DNA from: a virus
DNA: 64,000 nucleotides
IMG/VR virus record: IMGVR_UViG_3300023184_000029
Location: 32,001-96,000 of that record
Reading direction: 5' to 3' (one strand)
Shown: positions 9,784 to 19,794 of the stretch, one piece after another
Position numbering within the stretch: position 1 is the first letter of the stretch
Layout of the letters: every line of letters starts with the position of its first letter
Translations under genes and position numbers: made by a program
The notes under the pieces: generated by a model
The model's database searches: none
Told to the model about the DNA's origin: nothing
Seen by the model: the letters and a program-made list of their open reading frames with translations, nothing else

Positions 9784-10404
9784 TTAGTACTTTCCAGACT
9801 TCTTGAGGTTATCTATTGCCCATAGCGGTTGTAAATTTGTATAATGAAAACAAATTTTTTGTTGCTCTATATCATTTAAATCAAAACTACAACATGGCTT
9901 GATATGATCTATATGCCACTCTCCAAAATTATCCCAACTCATACCAACTGTGAACTGACTCTCTAAATATAGTTTAAGATGTTCCCAAGAGCAACCCGTT
10001 AAGTCATAAGCAGTGCTATTTTTTGAACCTCTAGACAAAGCCATCCTAATACGATTACTAATAATAGTTCTTAGTCTAAAATTAATATTATTTTTTCTTT
10101 TTTGTCGTCGTTTTTTATTTATTTTTTCTCGATATTTTGCTCTATACTTCTTAGCGTTTACAGCAACTTTATCTGGATTTTCTTTCCCCCATTGTTTTCT
10201 ACTTTTATTTAAATATTCTCTATTCTTAGATCTATATTCCTGTTGTTGTTTTTTAATTTTCTTTTTATTTTTTTGTCTTCGTATAAGATTATATTCTTTA
10301 TGACAAGACTTACAATAGGGAGATTTTCCATCCTTTGATGCTTTTTGATTGTGAAAACTAACTAACTCTTGTTCTTTTTTGCATTTTATACATTGTTTTT
10401 TCAT
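9784..10404 (-). CDS. HNH endonuclease (FHYTNLQPLW family)
   Basis: N-terminal CxxC..CxxC; WHIDHIKPC..CFHYTNLQPLWAIDNLKK. Confidence 0.85.
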   Translation of the reverse strand: MKKQCIKCKKEQELVSFHNQKASKDGKSPYCKSCHKEYNLIRRQKNKKKIKKQQQEYRSKNREYLNKSRKQWGKENPDKVAVNAKKYRAKYREKINKKRRQKRKNNINFRLRTIISNRIRMALSRGSKNSTAYDLTGCSWEHLKLYLESQFTVGMSWDNFGEWHIDHIKPCCSFDLNDIEQQKICFHYTNLQPLWAIDNLKKSGKY

Positions 10405-10444
10405 AGTGTATACCTTTTCGCTTATTGTATACACCAAAAGTTAA

Positions 10445-11140
10445 CTAATCTTCAAAAACATACGACCAATATCTAGAATCAGTCTTGTTTTGTTTTGCGT
10501 CCCAAAAAATACACCTAGCAATATACAAGGGAACATTAAGTTTTCCACAATTAATACTCCAGTGTCTTTCCATTTTCTTATACAAAGACAATCCAGTTTT
10601 ACTCTGATATGTAAGGGTTTTCATACCGTACAATTCAAGCATATGAGTATCCCCACAAAACACTCTACATTCATTAGGATGAATTTGTTCCAAAGAAAAC
10701 GAAATTTTGGCAGAACCTAGTCCGCTAATCTTGTCTACGATACTATCTCTCTTTTTTACATGACCTTTCTTGGCTGTAAAATAGAAATCTTTAGGGTTAG
10801 CCCAAAATTGGTCTTTGAAAGCCCAAATAAACTTTGTTCTATTATTATAAAGTCCACAACCACTATTCTTAATTTTCTCTCTTAGAGTCTCCTTGTTATC
10901 CATCCAATCGCTAAAATTTTTGATAGCATTATACCCATTAACATTTGATTTCCATGTTGTATGGACGCTCATAAAACTGAACAGATAGCGGCGGAAAATA
11001 TCATCATGATTTTGTGGACGAACACTCTCCCAATAATCTTTATAGGCAACTACCTTATCCTTGGGAAAATTCTTAAAAAACTCGTCTGCCTTAGACGTAC
11101 TCATTACAACAGGTTTCTTCTCAATAACTACTTCTGTCAT
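10445..11140 (-). CDS. helix-hairpin-helix DNA glycosylase/lyase-like protein
   Basis: ISGLGSAKISF HhH motif followed by GDTHM. Confidence 0.6.
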   Translation of the reverse strand: MTEVVIEKKPVVMSTSKADEFFKNFPKDKVVAYKDYWESVRPQNHDDIFRRYLFSFMSVHTTWKSNVNGYNAIKNFSDWMDNKETLREKIKNSGCGLYNNRTKFIWAFKDQFWANPKDFYFTAKKGHVKKRDSIVDKISGLGSAKISFSLEQIHPNECRVFCGDTHMLELYGMKTLTYQSKTGLSLYKKMERHWSINCGKLNVPLYIARCIFWDAKQNKTDSRYWSYVFED

Positions 11141-11279
11141 GGTTTCTCCAATGTTTGATTCCAAAGTGTATGCTCCGATTCTACACTAGTGTTATCGTCT
11201 TGTCAATCGGTAAACTGTAATATTTCTAATTAAGTGTATAATTATTATATAACCTTTTTAATAGGGAGACTTTAAAATA

Positions 11280-11807
11280 ATGATTATTCTGTATTTTATA
11301 TTAGCAATATTGATTGCAGATTTATTAACTGGTATATTTCATTGGTGGGAAGATAGATATGGTAATCCAGATTGGCCAATTATAGGAAAATATATTATAC
11401 AACCTAATATTAGACATCACAAAAATCCAATGTTATTTTGTAGGGGTAATTACTGGCAGAGAAATTGGACAACAATCACTCCTACTTTAATACTTTCTGG
11501 TATATTTTATATAATAAGTTATTATTTTTTTTCTTTAGTATTTTTATTGGCTTCTCAAAGCAATGAAATACATTGTTGGGAACATACTAAAACTAATAGA
11601 TTAATCAGATTTTTACAGAATTACAACATATTACAGAATAAAAAAACACATTCACTACATCATAAGCGCCCCTATGATACTAATTATTGTGTTATGACTA
11701 TGATTGTAAATCCTATACTTAATAGTTTTTCTTTTTGGTATTATCTAGAAAAATTTATCTTTCTAATTTCTGGCATTAAACCAAGAAAAGAAAGAGAAAT
11801 ATACTAG
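11280..11807 (+). CDS. lipid desaturase, CarF/PEDS1/FAD4 (TMEM189-B) family
   Basis: ADLLTGIFHWWEDRYG, RHH, SNEIHCWEH, HSLHHK.PYDTNYC histidine motifs; TM helices. Confidence 0.85.
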   Translation: MIILYFILAILIADLLTGIFHWWEDRYGNPDWPIIGKYIIQPNIRHHKNPMLFCRGNYWQRNWTTITPTLILSGIFYIISYYFFSLVFLLASQSNEIHCWEHTKTNRLIRFLQNYNILQNKKTHSLHHKRPYDTNYCVMTMIVNPILNSFSFWYYLEKFIFLISGIKPRKEREIY

Positions 11808-11886
11808 CTATATCGGCTTGTCAAGAACCTCTACTTTAGGTTTTATCCAATTTTTGAAAACCTCATTGCAATATAGCTTCAATATA

Positions 11887-12444
11887 TTATTGAATTGCAA
11901 AATCTCCCTCGTTTGAGAGAAAAATTATTCTACTATTATTTTGTTTGACAAATTCATCAACTGCTGGAATAACACTAAAACTAGGATGATTAATATAATC
12001 GTGTCCACATATTAATCCTGTCTTTTTTAATTTTGGAAAATACATATTCAAATCAGCTTTGACACATTCATATATATGAGTAGCATCAATATAAATAAAA
12101 TCAAAATATTGATCTGAAAAATCATTTACAACATCATAAGAAAATCCCTTTTTTAAGATTATTTTTTCATCAATTATGTGTTGTTTAAATAATTGAGATA
12201 CTTTTAAGTATTCATTATTCGTACTATATGCTGTATTTAAATGAGATAATGGTCCACTATATGTTTTTTGATCAGTATTTTTATCACTACTAACTTCCCA
12301 AGGATCTACTAAGTATAATTTTGTTGGGTTTAGAATTTCATATATTTTTTGTGCAAAAAATCCATCATAAACTCCTATTTCTATACAAATAGGGTTTTCC
12401 GGTAATTGTTTAGCAACATTTTTTAAAAATTGAATTCTATTCAT
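11887..12444 (-). CDS. class I SAM-dependent methyltransferase (Methyltransf_24-like)
   Basis: IEIGVYDG, FDFIYIDATHIYE, GLICGHDY. Confidence 0.85.
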   Translation of the reverse strand: MNRIQFLKNVAKQLPENPICIEIGVYDGFFAQKIYEILNPTKLYLVDPWEVSSDKNTDQKTYSGPLSHLNTAYSTNNEYLKVSQLFKQHIIDEKIILKKGFSYDVVNDFSDQYFDFIYIDATHIYECVKADLNMYFPKLKKTGLICGHDYINHPSFSVIPAVDEFVKQNNSRIIFLSNEGDFAIQ

Positions 12445-12512
12445 TATATTTCTCTATTATTTCCAGTTTCTTAAAGAAGATTAATTATCTCTATAATCAT
12501 TATTAATTAGCT

Positions 12513-12800
12513 CTAATCAAAAGGACAGGAATTTGGATCGCCCCCATCTTCTATAAATTTAGATAGTTCTTTAGCATAATTCTCGCCAACCATATGTCCT
12601 GTTTTAGATTTTGCTGATTGAATTTGTTGTTTTTTTTGTATCTTTAATTGTTTCTTTATGTCTTTTTCTTTCTTTTTTTGCTCTTTTGTGGAATCCAAAG
12701 CACCAACTCTTTTGGCCTCCTGCAAACCATATTCTTGGATAATTCTACGATTTCTACGTTGATCTGCCCATCTTCTAGATTTAGTAGGACGATATTTCAT
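12513..12800 (-). CDS. basic hypothetical protein
   Basis: Coupled to ligase stop. Confidence 0.6.
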   Translation of the reverse strand: MKYRPTKSRRWADQRRNRRIIQEYGLQEAKRVGALDSTKEQKKKEKDIKKQLKIQKKQQIQSAKSKTGHMVGENYAKELSKFIEDGGDPNSCPFD

Positions 12801-14113
12801 TATACCACCCTAGACTCACCATGTAATATTTTAAAAGTAGGAAATCTCAAACTAATCCCACCCTCTTGGTTGTTGCTCTCAGCAAAATACTGAACAGTTA
12901 TGATTTTTCCAAGAATCTTTTTTGGATGTTTATAAAAGTCTTGACGCTGCTCAATAGTAAAGCCAGACCCTACTCTAACATCATAATTTTTATGCTTAAT
13001 AGTAACACAACTTAGCATGGTTTCCTCATGCTCTTTTCCATTAAGAACATATCGGAATGGACCCATTTCAGTATCAACTACTTCATACTCATCATCAAAA
13101 AACTTTTTAACTTTGAGTAGGTCTTTGGATCGCTTACCTTTATATGGTTCGTCTGCTCGTAGCATAACTCCTTCCCAACCATAATCGGAGGCTTCTTTAA
13201 CCCACTCTTGAAAATGCTCATCATTATGAATCAATTCTTGTTCAAGGAGGGTGAGACATGGACATTCATTCTTAGTCATAATCTCTGTCAAATTTGCCAA
13301 ACGAATAGAATAAGGACGATTCTTCTCGCCTTTCTTACTATAGAACTCATCGTGACTAATCATATCAAAAATCTTAAAAGATGGATTAGGAATAGTATGA
13401 TCCTTCTTTTTCAGTTGTTTCATAATCCCTTGAAAATCCTCATTGCCATCTTCATCAACTAGACAAAGTTCTCCATCCAAGACTACATTAGTAATACCCA
13501 AAGCCTTAATACCGCCCCTAACAATATCCAAAGTCTCAAACTCTTTTCCCGTGCGGGAATAGAAGGTAGTATCGCCATTAGCATCAACAATAGCAACACA
13601 TCTAGCACCGTCAATCTTTCTGCTAACATACCATCCATCCTTCCAGTCAACAATTTTAGGCTCGTATTTATCAGCAAGAGCCACACTAAACTCTGGAATA
13701 TGATCTGAGATTGCTTTATTTATAATCTTATCCCCAGCACGGGTTTTCAAGTCCTTGTCAATAATACAGTGAATCAGTTCCTCGTATTCTGAATAATGTT
13801 CAATAAAACTATTAACAGCAGATATAGCATCATGCCCGGTAATCTGTCTGCTTTTAAGAGCATCAAGAAGATCAAAGAAGTTTTTATATTCATTCTTTCT
13901 GGCTACAAGATGATTCTTCTTCTTGAGATTGTCGCTAGTGACATTGTATTGCCACAACGGATGATAGGTATACAATAGAATATTCTTCGTAAAACTAGCA
14001 GCGGCACTGCTATGATTACAATAGTCCTCAATAATACTCTGCTTATCAATAGTGCTGCTGGTGGCTCTAAGATCACGAACCATTCCCCAAACATAATCAA
14101 AATCGTGAATCAT
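12800..14113 (-). CDS. lig: ATP-dependent DNA ligase
   Basis: KIDG motif I, LDGEL, EGVMLR, LLKVK, VGSGFT, SLRFPTF. Confidence 0.95.
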   Translation of the reverse strand: MIHDFDYVWGMVRDLRATSSTIDKQSIIEDYCNHSSAAASFTKNILLYTYHPLWQYNVTSDNLKKKNHLVARKNEYKNFFDLLDALKSRQITGHDAISAVNSFIEHYSEYEELIHCIIDKDLKTRAGDKIINKAISDHIPEFSVALADKYEPKIVDWKDGWYVSRKIDGARCVAIVDANGDTTFYSRTGKEFETLDIVRGGIKALGITNVVLDGELCLVDEDGNEDFQGIMKQLKKKDHTIPNPSFKIFDMISHDEFYSKKGEKNRPYSIRLANLTEIMTKNECPCLTLLEQELIHNDEHFQEWVKEASDYGWEGVMLRADEPYKGKRSKDLLKVKKFFDDEYEVVDTEMGPFRYVLNGKEHEETMLSCVTIKHKNYDVRVGSGFTIEQRQDFYKHPKKILGKIITVQYFAESNNQEGGISLRFPTFKILHGESRVV

Positions 14114-14162
14114 CTTTTTTCTCCTGTGTGTTCCAACATCATATCACAACACAACCCTCTTG

Positions 14163-14378
14163 TCAAGTATCGTCTAATCTTTGCCGTTTCTTGAACACAA
14201 TCGCCATATATTGTACCAGATCGCTTCCAGAAGTTTGAAACCAACAAGGGAATATAGCATGAACTATTAGACATAAACCAGCAACCAAACAAACAAATCC
14301 ATAGAAAATAGCAAATTTTAAATGCTGATAATAAGTCATATGATTTTCTATTAGATGTTGTTTAATTCTGTTTTTCAT
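14163..14378 (-). CDS. small membrane protein (DUF6356-like)
   Basis: HL.E.HMTY.QHL.FA..IVHAIFP pattern. Confidence 0.5.
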   Translation of the reverse strand: MKNRIKQHLIENHMTYYQHLKFAIFYGFVCLVAGLCLIVHAIFPCWFQTSGSDLVQYMAIVFKKRQRLDDT

Positions 14379-14719
14379 TTATCCTTGGACCTTGAAAGAA
14401 AATAGTTCATAGCATTAACAATTCCTTGTAAATTATCTCCTAATTTTCCTATACCGGTATTACAACGATCACAGACCCAACCCCTAAAACTATCATTACC
14501 ATGATCGTGATCTAATACCCATTTAATAGGTATTTTTTTACAACACTCACAAAACTCTGGTCTAGGTGGTGCTATTTTATGAAGACCACTTCTTACCTTG
14601 GAGTGTTTCTTTACGCACTTTTTACATCTAGTATCCAGATTATCTTTGTACATACTGTGTTTAGGGAAACTTCCCTTGTTTTTTCTTTTGCCACAATATG
14701 TACAAATTTTTCTACTCAT
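14375..14719 (-). CDS. endonuclease VII domain protein
   Basis: CECC..LDHDH..FRGWVCDRCNTGIG.LGDN. Confidence 0.85.
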   Translation of the reverse strand: MSRKICTYCGKRKNKGSFPKHSMYKDNLDTRCKKCVKKHSKVRSGLHKIAPPRPEFCECCKKIPIKWVLDHDHGNDSFRGWVCDRCNTGIGKLGDNLQGIVNAMNYFLSRSKDK

Positions 14720-14725
14720 ATTAAG

Positions 14726-15079
14726 TGGAGGCGATGGGAGTCGAACCCATTTGCTGCGATATTTCTAATTACATCTTCTACAAGTTTATTTCGTTATTTA
14801 TCAGACCAATTAAACTTTAACGAACAAAATTTTAATTAGACTTTTCAACCTATTATTCTCAATCAAAGCAAGTTGACCACTCTGATCCAGCAGGATTTTA
14901 CGACAATCTTTTGGACGCTCCCTGCATCGCTTCCTAAGATTGTTGCTACTATTTATTAAGCAGCAAGGGCTAACTGATTTACGCCAGTTAAGCGTTTAAT
15001 CTGGTTTTAAAGTAGCCACCAGATCAACTACTACTTGCTAATATAATCTTCTTTATCCAGTCGATACCGTTACGCCCCC
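14726..15079 (-). ncRNA. ssrA: tmRNA; tag reading frame 14985-14956 encodes (A)GVNQLALAA*
   Basis: 5' GGGGGCGTAACGGTATCGAC; 3' ATGGG-TTCGACT-CCCAT-CGCCTCC-A with G3:U70; TTAACT before the GGC resume codon; 354 nt. Confidence 0.93.
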
Positions 15080-15614
15080 TATATAAAATTATTCGTATTT
15101 AACCTTTTCGAGTCTCAAAAGCTCTTTTTTTATTTCACTATATTCTTGATCAGTAATCCAATGATTATTCTGTAGTGAATTCTCTAGCTTGTTAACACAA
15201 TTAATCAAATGTAAATTATAACCAAGAGACAGCAACAATGATCCAAAGAATAAAACAAAAAAACTTAATTTCCATAGTGGTCTATCACACATTTAATTTT
15301 CCTTTTCTTATCATATTGAAATATTCTTTTTGGGATATCCATATATCATCGTTGATTGATCTCCCATTATCTATAATACTCCAAATCTTCTTTCTGCCAC
15401 GATATGCCAATTTTAACCATAGACTTTCACCAGAGACATAACAAAGTCTCCTTTTGAGAGAAAGGTTAAGTGACCACTCTCTCAAATTCCCCATCATGTT
15501 CCAAAAAGATTTTTCAGATCCATAATTTGTTGTTCGCATCCTTGAATCTCTATCTCTATGTCTCTACACTTCTTACAATAGTCAGAATCAAAACGCTCTT
15601 TTAATTCATCTAAT

Positions 15615-16055
15615 TTAGCTTTTAGGCTTGTTATTTCTTTTAGAAGTTTTTCGTTTTGGTTGTGGTTGTGGTTGTGGTTGTGGTTCATCATCTTGGGTCT
15701 TTAATGTTAATTCACTAGAAGATAGCCAGAAAACCATTTCGTTTAATTTATCATCCCAAGCACACTCTACTCTGCCTTCAGCAGCTAGTTTTGCCAAACC
15801 AACATTATATAGCCACATTGTGACTTCTTCAAAAGTTCTATTGTAGCTATCTTCATCAATTAATAGGTTGCCGTCCTCATCTTCGCCAATACAATTGCTT
15901 TTAATCAAGTTGGTAGTTTGTACTATGCTGATAAAATCATCGAGATTTTCATTATAAAATTCTGTGAATGATAAAGCAGCATTTTTTCTAATACTTTCAG
16001 CATACCTGTTCAAATCGCTAATAGAATAAATCTCACTCATAGTAATATACCCCAA
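15615..16055 (-). CDS. hypothetical protein with a short (PQ)n tract
   Basis: ORF; CAACCA tandem repeat near 15657-15684. Confidence 0.6.
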   Translation of the reverse strand: MGYITMSEIYSISDLNRYAESIRKNAALSFTEFYNENLDDFISIVQTTNLIKSNCIGEDEDGNLLIDEDSYNRTFEEVTMWLYNVGLAKLAAEGRVECAWDDKLNEMVFWLSSSELTLKTQDDEPQPQPQPQPKRKTSKRNNKPKS

Positions 16056-16346
16056 TTAAATAAATTTCTTAACTGTTTGATCTATTTTTTGACTACTTTT
16101 ATCCAATAATCTATTCAAAGTTTTTTGCATAGTTTGATCTCCTCTAGGCAACCAACGACCATCTTCATAAAGAGCAGTGATAATCTGTGGAATCCAATGC
16201 TGATATGCTAATTCAAACTCTTCTGGAAAATATACTTTAAGAATTCTCTCTATATGATATAAATTATTGACTATAGAATCTCTATGATCCAACAGATTAT
16301 TTAATTGGTCTTTTTGGGTTTTAGTAAAACCTCCTTCAAGACTCAT
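16056..16346 (-). CDS. hypothetical protein
   Basis: ORF coupled to neighbour. Confidence 0.65.
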   Translation of the reverse strand: MSLEGGFTKTQKDQLNNLLDHRDSIVNNLYHIERILKVYFPEEFELAYQHWIPQIITALYEDGRWLPRGDQTMQKTLNRLLDKSSQKIDQTVKKFI

Positions 16347-16759
16347 TAGACAGTCTCCGTTTTAGGCTTGAGTTTCATCAGCTTATGCTTCGTTTTCCAA
16401 ACTCCTGTTTCTTTATTTTGGAAATCCCTTCCCATATAAATATGACAGAAGCCGCTGGACTTGTCAAGACCATAAGCACGAATACCATTCTCATCTACGC
16501 TCTCAACAACAAAACGCCCTCTATATCCCATAGGAATAAATTCACCCTTGGATACATAATACGGTCCACCAGCAACCTTTATTCTCTCTCCCTTGACCAG
16601 AGTTTTCCAATCAACCTTTTGAATAATCTTTGTGTTCTTAGCCTCTTTACTCTTGGGCTTAAATATAAAAATATGATTGCACTTTTTGCAACAATATGCC
16701 CTTGGGCCAGTTGTAGTTCCGCAATCTGGACAAGCTTTTTTACCCTTACCAAGTCCCAT
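16346..16759 (-). CDS. zinc-ribbon hypothetical protein
   Basis: CPDC..CKKC; promoter at 16796-16823. Confidence 0.7.
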   Translation of the reverse strand: MGLGKGKKACPDCGTTTGPRAYCCKKCNHIFIFKPKSKEAKNTKIIQKVDWKTLVKGERIKVAGGPYYVSKGEFIPMGYRGRFVVESVDENGIRAYGLDKSSGFCHIYMGRDFQNKETGVWKTKHKLMKLKPKTETV

Positions 16760-17339
16760 CTTTGATCTCCTGTGAAGTGTAGTTGATACGCCCTAAGTAT
16801 AACACAGTTATCGGAGTTGTCAAGGGGTACTCTTTAGACGATTCTAGATTTTTCAAACCTAGCACTAAATATACTTGAGATTTTTAACTTATCATGTAAG
16901 TTTGGATACATAATCTTTTTCTGGAATAATAGTTAGCTTACCGGGATCATAATGACAAAAATAACTGTCATAAATACGTTTTTTTGCAAGACCTTCTTCT
17001 TCTATTTGAATATAAACATTAACTCTGTATCTGTTTTCCCACAATTTATTAATTTTAGTCATCAAATAATGCTTGGGCTTTGCTACCTGTTTAAAAAGCA
17101 AACTCTCAATTTCAAAGTCCATTAAGTATTCTCCTCAAAAATCTTTTCAATATTAGTAATAAGCACCAATCTGTCTTTTTTACGACTATCGCTAACATAA
17201 TAAGTATCACATGTGAATTCGTCACCAGTATTCGCATCATGAATTAATATCGGAGTATTCCACTCAAAAGTTCCAACAGCTTGTATATTGTTGGCTCTTT
17301 CATGAAGAAAAGTATAAAGATCAAGCCAAGTCATTTTAT

Positions 17340-17558
17340 TCATCTGCTTCTCCTATTTGCTCTATCTAAAATACGAATAGTTTCTTTAGCATTACTAGGA
17401 ACCATCACTAAACTTGGTGCTGTTTTATGTCCCCAATCCATAAATCCCACAGCACGATCCTCGACGCTACATTCTTTACAAATAATTTTACGACCAGTTT
17501 CTACAAGAAATTCGTAACGGTCAACACCAACGCAATTTTTGCAATAAATACAATTCAT
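17340..17558 (-). CDS. small zinc-finger protein
   Basis: CIYC..CKEC; GGAGG RBS. Confidence 0.6.
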   Translation of the reverse strand: MNCIYCKNCVGVDRYEFLVETGRKIICKECSVEDRAVGFMDWGHKTAPSLVMVPSNAKETIRILDRANRRSR

Positions 17559-17578
17559 AGGTAGCCTCCGTTTACGGA

Positions 17579-18037
17579 TTATACCATCATCATCGGCATT
17601 GTCAAGCCGCCAACTCCAATCAAAGTTCCAAAACTATTGGTAAAATCTCCATCATCAGTACTATAATAAATAGTATCTAATCCTACAGCATTAAGAAGCT
17701 TACTACAATTCTCGCAAGGCTTACTTCCTAGTACAAGTCCTCTCCTGTTAATTCGCATAACAACAAGTGACCAATTAGGATCAATGGAATTATACCTATC
17801 AAGTAATTGAGATACAAGATGAGACTCAGCATGATAAAATGGATGTTCCTTATATTTGGGAAGATTGAAATTTTCACCTATTCTATAAGCACCAGTATGA
17901 GTTTTAATAGGATTATTTTGAGTGAATCCTATAAGCTTAGTACCATCAAATGCAGCGGCAAAATGATAGCAACGAATTTCCTTACAAGGATTCCAGCTAT
18001 TGTATGCTTTCTTAATAGTTTTTTGAATTATCTTCAT
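17579..18037 (-). CDS. cytidine/dCMP deaminase-fold zinc protein
   Basis: HAE and SKPCENC zinc/catalytic motifs. Confidence 0.75.
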   Translation of the reverse strand: MKIIQKTIKKAYNSWNPCKEIRCYHFAAAFDGTKLIGFTQNNPIKTHTGAYRIGENFNLPKYKEHPFYHAESHLVSQLLDRYNSIDPNWSLVVMRINRRGLVLGSKPCENCSKLLNAVGLDTIYYSTDDGDFTNSFGTLIGVGGLTMPMMMV

Positions 18038-18072
18038 AAACTTCTCTGTTAGTGAGACTCTAGTATATCACA

Positions 18073-18312
18073 CTAAAAGGATTCGTCAATAGCATCTGGA
18101 ACAGTTTGGAATCTTCCCTCAAAAAAGAAATAACATAAAGGCCAAGGAAGAATTTCCTTATGCACCTTATAATGGTGAATTTCAGAGTTTGTTTTAACCA
18201 TAAAATGAGGAACCATAGTTCCCGGTCTTGTTCTTAATATTAGTCTTGGTTTATGATCTCTTTGTGTCCACAGGAGCATAATTGCTCCAGTAAAACAATT
18301 TCCGTATTTCAT
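18073..18312 (-). CDS. hypothetical protein
   Basis: ORF. Confidence 0.55.
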   Translation of the reverse strand: MKYGNCFTGAIMLLWTQRDHKPRLILRTRPGTMVPHFMVKTNSEIHHYKVHKEILPWPLCYFFFEGRFQTVPDAIDESF

Positions 18313-18818
18313 AATAGCTTCCTTGCTATTTAGCCTTCTTTATTATCTTCATTATAAATTTCATTCAGCTTTTTATTTACTTCATCCAAGATATAAATAT
18401 CATCAGCATCTTCTGGATGAATTTTAGGTAACGGAGTAACATTAACTTTTTTAGATCTTGGAGACTCTGGATTTAATGGTTTTGGATTGGGTTTATCCAT
18501 GAAAGTTTCCTTTTACTTAGAAGCTAATAGATATAATCCTATATTAGCAAAGGCATAACCAGTATACGCTATAAGCATACCAATATTACCTCTATAACCC
18601 TGCTCTATTGCAACATAGGCATATACGAAACCAGTAAAAATAATTAGCCAACTACTCATTAGTTTTTCTCTATAGGTATGTATCTAACCCCATTTTCGGA
18701 CACTTGTTCCTTGCCTATAGTAAGCTTAGGGTCTGTTTTGATCAAGTTAATCATAGCTTGAGTATTAACGCTATCGCTAATTACAATAGTTCCAACTTGA
18801 GGCATAATTATATCCTTA

Positions 18819-19730
18819 TTAAGAAAGTGTAGTTAAAAGTTCATTATATTCTGCAATTGCTAAATCCTTAGCTTTTAATTCCATGTCCACATCAAATTCT
18901 AAACCATAGTTATCAAAAGTATTTTGAGGATAATCAGCATGAGCGCGAGGATTATTACCTACCCTACTTTCACTATAATGAAATAGGCATCTGGTTTGCC
19001 AAGTATCATAACACATATTAATCGCTTCGCGTTCTGTGAGATTATTAGGATGACACTTATGATGCAAGTAATCAAAACAGATTGGAATACGAGTTATTGG
19101 ATGAAAAATATCCACTAATTCTTTAACACTCCAGCAGTTTAGTTTATCGTCATTTTCAATGGTTAGTCTAGCTTGACAATTTTCATCTAGTTTTTTAAAG
19201 TTTGCATAAAATCTATGAGAAATTTCTTCTCTTGTACCATTATTGTTATGTACATGAAGATTCATGGGCGATCTAGTATCTGCTGGAAGTCCAATTCTGT
19301 CAAAGAAACTGCTGTAGAAGTTGAGTTCTGTGATTGTTTTCTCAACAACTTTTTCGTTGAGGCTTGACAAACTGTTAAATTCACTAGGATGAGCAGAAAC
19401 ACGAACATTAGTAGAGGAAATACTCTGTGCAATATTATCAAACTCATCTTGAATAGAGTCATAGTTAGGTAAATCTTCTAGATTAACATTTGCTGCGTCA
19501 TAAGTAATTAAAGGGAAAATATCACTACTAACACGATAAACATAATTATTTTCCGCACAAAACTGTATGGTTTTATCTGTAACCATTAGATTATTTTGAA
19601 TTCTTGATCCAAGAATTTCCAATGCTTCTTCTCTAGGCAAAGAATTAAATCTTTTGAAAGTCATGGTTTGATGACCAAAACCCTGCTCTTTGAGTTTAAG
19701 AGAAATGCAGCAAAGACCGAACCTATTCAT
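18819..19730 (-). CDS. uvsE: UV damage endonuclease (UvsE/UVDE)
   Basis: G.CCI, YRVSSDIFP, SAHPSEF, NLHV, LTIENDD, FDYLHH, FHYSES, HADY, MELKAKD. Confidence 0.93.
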   Translation of the reverse strand: MNRFGLCCISLKLKEQGFGHQTMTFKRFNSLPREEALEILGSRIQNNLMVTDKTIQFCAENNYVYRVSSDIFPLITYDAANVNLEDLPNYDSIQDEFDNIAQSISSTNVRVSAHPSEFNSLSSLNEKVVEKTITELNFYSSFFDRIGLPADTRSPMNLHVHNNNGTREEISHRFYANFKKLDENCQARLTIENDDKLNCWSVKELVDIFHPITRIPICFDYLHHKCHPNNLTEREAINMCYDTWQTRCLFHYSESRVGNNPRAHADYPQNTFDNYGLEFDVDMELKAKDLAIAEYNELLTTLS

Positions 19731-19794
19731 AAAATGCTCCTGTGAACGGATTATATCCTTTATCGTCAGTTTGTCAATACCAACTTGAGCATTT

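Noticed and set aside
15657-15684. CAACCA microsatellite as a phase-variation or regulatory repeat
   Set aside because: In-frame 6-nt unit encoding a short PQ linker; no frameshift potential
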